Part shown: piece after piece, positions 60,261-64,000 of the stretch
Layout: the number at the start of each line of letters is the position of its first letter
Numbering within the stretch: the first letter of the stretch is position 1
Source of the DNA: an uncultured Spirochaetota bacterium
Lineage (GTDB): Bacteria; Spirochaetota; UBA4802; UBA5550
Reading direction: 5' to 3'
DNA length: 64,000 bases
Assembly: GCA_963827275.1 (NCBI GenBank)
Contig: CAWHAA010000004.1
Coordinates: 32,001-96,000, forward strand
The notes under the pieces: model-generated
Told to the model about the DNA's origin: nothing
What the model saw: only the letters and a program-made list of their open reading frames with translations
Database searches by the model: none
Program-made: the position numbers and the translations under genes

Positions 60261-61508
60261 TTATCCGGTCCGTTTGAATACGATACAGGAGTTGCACCCG
60301 CCGAAGCCGAAAGAGTTTTTAAGGGTGAATTCCTGAGACAGGCAGCGGGCCCCGTCCGCCACGCAGTCGAGCGGCAGCTCCGGGTCCGGGGCATAGTTGA
60401 TGGTGGGAAGCACGGTGTCGCGCAGCATGCCTTCCATGGCGAAGACGGATTCTATCCCGCTCGAGGCGCCCATGGCGTGACCGACCTGGGACTTGTTCGC
60501 CGATACCGGCGGGACCGCGTCCCCGAAAACGCTCTTCAGCGCGTCATATTCCACCTTGTCCCCGATCTTTGTCGAGGTCCCGTGGGCGTTGACCGCGTCA
60601 ATGCCTGACGGCGTTATGCCCGCCGCCGCTATGCTTTCGCCGATACAGCGCGTGACGGTCTCCGGGTTGGGCGCGACAAAGTGGTAGGCGTCGGATGTCA
60701 TGCTCCACCCGGCGATTGCGAGACGGTACGGGAGGCCGTGCGCCTCGGCGAATTCCCTCGTGGCGATAATGATTGCGGCAGCTCCCTCCGAGACGATGAA
60801 CCCGCGCCGGTCCAGCGAGAAGGGGCGGCTTGCCGCGCCGGGCTCCTCCGGCCGGTCCTCTTTATGCTTGTACGCGCCGTTCATCGAGGCGAACCCCGCC
60901 ACGATCGGCTCGACCAGGGGAAAATCGACCGCCCCGCAGATGACCGCGTCGGCAAGCCCCTGCCTGAGGAACATCGAGCCGATGATCATGGAGGTCGCCC
61001 CGGTCGCACAGGCGGTGATGGTGGCCGTGATGGGCCCGGTCGCCTTCGTCAGTATGGATATCTTGCCTCCCACCATGTTGATGCAGGAGTTGGGATTGGT
61101 GAAGGGGCTCGGTGTTTTCCTTTCTTTCACGATGAGCCGGTCCGCGGCGATGACCGCGTCGAGGCCGCCGACCGCGGTGCTGAAAGTGATGCCGACGCGC
61201 GGCGCCAGGTCCGGCGTGATCACGATGCCGCTCTTCTCGAGGGCCCGGTGCACGACCAGCATGGCGTGCCTGAAGATCGGCGACGTCCAGTGGGCCATCT
61301 CCCGCGGCGCGAGAAAGGGGTAGGGGGAGGCGTCGAACTCCTCCACCTGCCCGGCGATGCGCACGGGGAATTTTTCGTCGACGGGGAAGCGCGTGAGCAT
61401 CCCGATGCCGCTCTCGCCGCCCACGGCGCGGCCCCACTGCGTTTCCATGTCGGTGCCGAGCGGCGAGACCATATCGTATGCGAGTATTACAGGCTGTTTT
61501 GGGTCCAT
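60261..61508 (-). CDS. fabF: Beta-ketoacyl-ACP synthase II family (copy B)
   Basis: TACATG (catalytic Cys), SRPF, EGAA, HGTST, KSQVGH, NSFGFGGCN. Confidence 0.9.
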   Translation of the reverse strand: MDPKQPVILAYDMVSPLGTDMETQWGRAVGGESGIGMLTRFPVDEKFPVRIAGQVEEFDASPYPFLAPREMAHWTSPIFRHAMLVVHRALEKSGIVITPDLAPRVGITFSTAVGGLDAVIAADRLIVKERKTPSPFTNPNSCINMVGGKISILTKATGPITATITACATGATSMIIGSMFLRQGLADAVICGAVDFPLVEPIVAGFASMNGAYKHKEDRPEEPGAASRPFSLDRRGFIVSEGAAAIIIATREFAEAHGLPYRLAIAGWSMTSDAYHFVAPNPETVTRCIGESIAAAGITPSGIDAVNAHGTSTKIGDKVEYDALKSVFGDAVPPVSANKSQVGHAMGASSGIESVFAMEGMLRDTVLPTINYAPDPELPLDCVADGARCLSQEFTLKNSFGFGGCNSCIVFKRTG

Positions 61509-61528
61509 ATCAGGCAAATTCCTTATTT

Positions 61529-61657
61529 CCCCCCTGTCCCCCAATGGGGGCACGGGTGATTTTGCATTTCTTACAGGAAAACAGAGTAAAATGAGAAATT
61601 GCTATTATATTCATATATAATCAAACTATTACGCGCCCCCTCAGGGGGGCGGGGGGG
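61529..61657. repeat. Imperfect 26-bp inverted repeats around an AT-rich core (MITE/REP-like remnant)
   Basis: 61529-54 CCCCCCTGTCCCCCAATGGGGGCACG vs reverse complement of 61632-57 CCCCCCCGCCCCCCTGAGGGGGCGCG (20/26 identical). Confidence 0.5.
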
Positions 61658-61703
61658 TCTTCACCGGAGAAGTGACAACCAGATGTAAAAAACCAGGGGC
61701 GTT

Positions 61704-62702
61704 CTACCACGGAATAAACTTGTACAGCTTGGCGAACATCTCGTACACCTCGATCCAGTTCTGAAAGTCCCTGGTCGAGCGCATGTGCGCCCGCTTGTTC
61801 ACCATGACCCAGCTCATGTGCGCGGCGCCGTCCTTGCAGGTGGAGCAGTCCCGTGTCTCTGAGGTGCAGCAGCGGTGCATCGTTTTAAGGTCGGCCGCCC
61901 ACCTGATGAATTCGATGAGGCGCTTCGGCTGCGGGTTGCGCTTGTCCAGGGGCTTCGTCACCGAGGGGCACTCGTTCCAGCCGAAGGGACGGCCGAGCAT
62001 AGTGCCGGTAGTAATGATTTCATGATAGTATTTCGAGGAGATCACGGTGTCCGGGTACCGGTCGAGCATATCGTCCATCTCGATCCGGAGCGCCGCAAGC
62101 TCATCATCCTTCCAGGAGAAGCCGTCCACGCCCTCGTCATTGGAGAGGAGCTGCATGTGCACCTTCAGGCCGACATCGGCGATTTTTTTTATGATGCGCT
62201 CGATCTTGCCGACTTGCTTCGGGGTGATGGTGTAGAGATAGTAGGTGTAGGGATCGCCCGCGTAATTTTTGCTCGAGATGGAGAAGACGTCGCGGCCGCG
62301 CAGGGTCTTCTCGTCCTCCTCGTCGCCCCAGAGCGATATCCCCACCATCATGTCGGGGAAACGGTCGCGCGGAACCTTGATGATGCCGTTGGTGGCGCAG
62401 TAGGTGGGGAGGCGCGTATAGAAGGCCTCGACCCGGTCCAGGAAGAGGGTCGGCTCGCCGCCGATCAGGATCGCCAGGTTGACACCGCGCTCTTTTTCAC
62501 TGTCGACGAATTCTTCCCACTTGCGGATGTCCGGCTCGTCCGGCGATTTTTTGTGCTCGTCCGACGAGAAGAAGAAGCAGCCCTTGCAGCGCAGGTTGCA
62601 GTTGTTGGTAACGTCGTATATCGAGCTGCGTATGTTCAGGTTCGATATGCGCCGGTATCGTTCATGCCAATCTTTATCAAGCAGAGAACTGACGGTATTC
62701 AT
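61704..62702 (-). CDS. Radical SAM protein (paralogue 2)
   Basis: CNLRCKGC, GGEP, TNG; C-terminal RCCTSETRDCSTC. Confidence 0.9.
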   Translation of the reverse strand: MNTVSSLLDKDWHERYRRISNLNIRSSIYDVTNNCNLRCKGCFFFSSDEHKKSPDEPDIRKWEEFVDSEKERGVNLAILIGGEPTLFLDRVEAFYTRLPTYCATNGIIKVPRDRFPDMMVGISLWGDEEDEKTLRGRDVFSISSKNYAGDPYTYYLYTITPKQVGKIERIIKKIADVGLKVHMQLLSNDEGVDGFSWKDDELAALRIEMDDMLDRYPDTVISSKYYHEIITTGTMLGRPFGWNECPSVTKPLDKRNPQPKRLIEFIRWAADLKTMHRCCTSETRDCSTCKDGAAHMSWVMVNKRAHMRSTRDFQNWIEVYEMFAKLYKFIPW

Positions 62703-62713
62703 GTGTTGCTCCT

Positions 62714-63805
62714 TTACAGCGTGAACCCGGGCGGCGGGGTCATGCGGTCCAGCAGGTTATTGCTTTTCTCGTACCCCATGACCCAGACCGCGAGGTAGGT
62801 GTCCACGTAATCGAGCCACGCCTTGAAGGCCTCCGGGTCGGTCGCGTGGCGGTAGAGCCGCGCCGTGACTACGGCGCTTCCCGCCGCGTAGTGCCGGCAG
62901 TCGGCGCAGTCGGTGTCCGGCACGCAGCAGGCCGCGCTCCGGTCCCAGGTGAGGTCGGTCCGGTACTGCCGGAACGACCTGCCCAGGCCGATATCGGTTG
63001 ACTGGTTCATCCGCGGATACGAGCAGCTGAAAAGGTCATGCAGCCCCTTCTCATGCGTGTGAGCGGTCACGTTGTATGGTGAATAGAGGATATGGTCCGG
63101 GTATGTTACAAGGACGTCCATCATGGCCTTCCGCGTCCGCTCGAGCGACCCGATGTCGTGGCGGAGCCCGCCGGTATAGCCGACCGGCGCCGAAAAGACG
63201 TTAAAGGTGGCCCTGCACCCGTTGCGCGACAGGGTTTCCGCCACCTCGTATATCTCGTCAATGTTCTCCCTGGTGAAGGTGTACACCCACACGGCGCGCG
63301 GGTCGCCGCGGTAGTTTTCTATCTGTTTCATCAACAGGTGCTTCGCGTTTCGGACCCGGAGGCTGGTTTCGTCATTTCCCCACACGGAGATATGGATCTT
63401 GTAGCCGACCGACCCGGGAATGCGTTTGAAGCCGTTGGTGGCGATGCTGCCGAGCGGGATGACGTCATAGCACACCTGGCAGAGTTCAGGGACGAGCGAC
63501 GGCTCCGCGCCGGCCAGCACGACGTAGGTGATGCCGCGCTTTTTCTCCGCTTCCATCAGGGCGCGCCATTCCCCGGGGTTCCCGTTTTCCTTCGCGAACT
63601 GCTTGGCCCCCTCGAAGTAATAGCACCCGTCGCAGCGGATGTTGCACCGGTTAGACATGTCATAGGTGGATTCCCTGAGGAAAAACCAGGCGCGCACCTT
63701 TTCCCACCGCTCGCGCACTGCCGGCTCGGCGATAATTTCTGAAAATTTCATCTTTTCCCCGGCGGGCGGGACGCCCGGCCCGGGTTTTGTCTGTTTTGCG
63801 TTCAT
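62714..63805 (-). CDS. Radical SAM protein (paralogue 1)
   Basis: CNIRCDGC, GAEP, TNG; C-terminal ACCVPDTDCADC. Confidence 0.9.
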   Translation of the reverse strand: MNAKQTKPGPGVPPAGEKMKFSEIIAEPAVRERWEKVRAWFFLRESTYDMSNRCNIRCDGCYYFEGAKQFAKENGNPGEWRALMEAEKKRGITYVVLAGAEPSLVPELCQVCYDVIPLGSIATNGFKRIPGSVGYKIHISVWGNDETSLRVRNAKHLLMKQIENYRGDPRAVWVYTFTRENIDEIYEVAETLSRNGCRATFNVFSAPVGYTGGLRHDIGSLERTRKAMMDVLVTYPDHILYSPYNVTAHTHEKGLHDLFSCSYPRMNQSTDIGLGRSFRQYRTDLTWDRSAACCVPDTDCADCRHYAAGSAVVTARLYRHATDPEAFKAWLDYVDTYLAVWVMGYEKSNNLLDRMTPPPGFTL

Positions 63806-63836
63806 GATCTGTTCCCGGGATGGACCTGCCGCAGGA

Positions 63837-64000
63837 TTATTTTTCCTTCAACTTCTGTTCGATATATTCCGCGATCAATTTCACGTTCTTCAGCTTCGGG
63901 TAGTCGTCTTCGTCTATGATGATGCCGTATTCGTCCTGGAGCACCAGGACAACGGTGGTCAGGTCCATGCTGTCGATGCCGAGCTCGTCCACGAGGTCCA
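63837..64000 (-). CDS. acpP: Acyl carrier protein, 5' truncated by the window edge (not in the ORF track)
   Basis: ...DLVDELGIDSMDLTTVVLVLQDEYGIIIDEDDYPKLKNVKLIAEYIEQKLKEK*; LGIDSMD is the phosphopantetheine site. Confidence 0.9.
   Translation of the reverse strand, partial: DLVDELGIDSMDLTTVVLVLQDEYGIIIDEDDYPKLKNVKLIAEYIEQKLKEK

Noticed and set aside
58755..60608. 617-aa plus-strand ORF (also 36363-38135, 15346-16623, 38898-40100, 54388-55467)
   Set aside because: Antisense shadows of well-supported genes. High GC3 suppresses stops on the opposite strand, and the translations show no motifs.
54127..61508. KS/chain-length-factor pair of an aromatic type II PKS
   Set aside because: Both KS keep the catalytic Cys and both His, and no cyclase or aromatase genes are visible.
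1..64000. tRNA, rRNA, riboswitch, integrase, transposase, prophage or defence system
   Set aside because: None recognisable by eye. A covariance-model scan would be needed to exclude small RNAs.

Overview
A gene-dense, fairly GC-rich bacterial chromosome segment with no rRNA, tRNA, CRISPR array or transposase. Its gene families (7TM-DISM-SpoIIE and 7TM-DISM-LytS sensors, HATPase-like/HDOD protein, many lipoproteins) suggest a free-living, probably anaerobic Spirochaetota related to Leptospirae; this taxonomy is inference. All calls come from motif reading by eye, with no database searches. Main points: (1) From about 47 to 64 kb is a fatty-acid/lipid-tailoring cluster that runs off the right edge. 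It has an ACP, two paralogous radical SAM enzymes with an unusual C-terminal Cys motif, two intact FabF, a thioesterase, a PKS-dehydratase-PPTase fusion, a PlsY variant, FabD, an AMP-ligase and a B12-radical SAM, and is interrupted by lipoprotein genes. (2) A ~1880-aa SprA/Sov (type IX secretion translocon)-like outer-membrane protein lies in an apparently non-Bacteroidota genome. (3) A ~1437-aa PlsA/Ger-type ether-lipid reductase/activase. (4) A DnaA-box cluster at a strand switch near 32.6-32.9 kb, with no dnaA nearby. (5) A HEAT-repeat protein carries a catalytically degenerate class III cyclase domain. (6) Three +1 frameshifts, probably sequencing errors, split the two largest genes.
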